Below, in pieces: positions 24,946 to 25,675 of a DNA stretch of 25,675 bases. A model generated the notes under the pieces. The model was given only the letters and a program-made list of their open reading frames with translations, was not told the origin of the DNA and did not search any database. Numbering within the stretch: the stretch's first letter is position 1; the number at the start of each line of letters is the position of its first letter. This DNA is from a virus (lineage: Duplodnaviria; Caudoviricetes), in IMG/VR virus record IMGVR_UViG_3300010376_000124, positions 1 through 25,675 of that record; one strand, written 5' to 3'. Position numbers and translations under genes: made by a program.

Positions 24946-25217
24946 TCGATGTCCTCCACGATGAATTCGACCTCGACCGCGCCGGCCGCCTCCCACAAGG
25001 TGGCCGGGTCGGGCATGTGGCCCATCTGGTTGGCCCGGCGCCACAGGTGGGCGAAAGCCATCACCTGGAACCGGTTGGCCTCGTCCTCGTCGTCCTGTAA
25101 CAGCTCGGTCATGGCCCGGCCGGTCGCCTTGCGCAGCGATCGCATGGCGTCGGCGGACAGGCGCATGGCGCCCGGCTGGATCTGTACGGGTTCGGTCAGA
25201 TAGTCGCGTTCAGTCAT
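24888..25217 (-). CDS. Tail assembly chaperone (gpG-like)
   Basis: 109 aa upstream of the tape measure gene; slippery site near the 3' end. Confidence 0.8.
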   Translation of the reverse strand: MTERDYLTEPVQIQPGAMRLSADAMRSLRKATGRAMTELLQDDEDEANRFQVMAFAHLWRRANQMGHMPDPATLWEAAGAVEVEFIVEDIDPLKDGSSTTSPPSATSGE

Positions 25218-25650
25218 GCACGCTCCCGGGGTCGGATCCGGTGTTGGTCCACACCAGATCGGAATTCAGGATCTTTTCGAGGGCCGTCGAGTAGCGGTCG
25301 GCCGCGACCGAGGCCAGGCCTTGGGCGGCGGGGAACATGTAGCGGCCGGAGGCCATGTACTGCCGTCCGGGCGGGTAGCCGCCGAAATCGACGGCGCCGG
25401 CGTAGGGGACGCCGGCTGTGCCCATGCGCACGTTGCCGCCGGTGCGGGTGCCCGAGGTGCGCACCGTGGCGACCAGGGCGCCGGTGTCGACGGGCAGCGA
25501 CGCCCGCACCCGGGAGGCGACCGGTTCGACCGCGTCTTTGCCGGCGGCCCGGATGGCGGCGTAGAGAGGCCCGGACTGGTCGGTGCACATCTGGTTGATG
25601 TCGCGGCGCAGGGCTCGCATGCCGACCACCGCGACGGTCGGCGCGGCCAC
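25210..25650 (-). CDS. HK97 gp10-like tail completion protein
   Basis: VVGMRALRRDI...PVDTGAL...VPYAGAVDFG...YMFPA motifs. Confidence 0.8.
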   Translation of the reverse strand: MAAPTVAVVGMRALRRDINQMCTDQSGPLYAAIRAAGKDAVEPVASRVRASLPVDTGALVATVRTSGTRTGGNVRMGTAGVPYAGAVDFGGYPPGRQYMASGRYMFPAAQGLASVAADRYSTALEKILNSDLVWTNTGSDPGSVHD

Positions 25651-25675
25651 TACGGCCCGGAGGGTGTGATGTTGC
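25553..25675 (+). repeat. Terminal direct repeat (right copy)
   Basis: Identical to 1-123. Confidence 0.95.

Larger units (their letters stand above)
1..25552. mobile_element. Complete temperate siphovirus genome, extrachromosomal (attP-intact) circular form
   Basis: Packaging, head, tail, lysis, integration, immunity and replication-type genes are all present; no host genes; terminal 123-bp identity closes the circle; the major tail gene and gp10-like gene join across the junction with a TAGTG overlap. Confidence 0.95.

Overview
The window is a complete, circularly assembled genome of a small (25,552 bp after removing a 123-bp terminal overlap), GC-rich temperate siphovirus of an actinobacterial host, probably Acidimicrobiia. 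The minus strand carries one long late/morphogenesis block: a fibre/baseplate-like pair, a basic protein, HNH, terS, terL, portal, HK97-type protease, capsid, an IPT/TIG Ig protein, neck proteins and major tail protein, then across the contig junction a gp10-like protein, frameshifted tail chaperones, tape measure, minor tail proteins, amidase endolysin and holin. A tyrosine integrase and XRE repressor face a plus-strand early arm (Xis/Cro, RecT-like, VRR-NUC, HTH replication protein with iterons, DUF1016-N-like and ParB/DGQHR-like proteins). The most notable feature is the intact attP (about 9379-9636). Its core resembles the 3' end of the RNase P RNA gene (rnpB) rather than a tRNA, suggesting that the phage integrates into the P4 helix of the host ribozyme gene and supplies a replacement 3' end. 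All family assignments are by eye from motifs; no searches were run.
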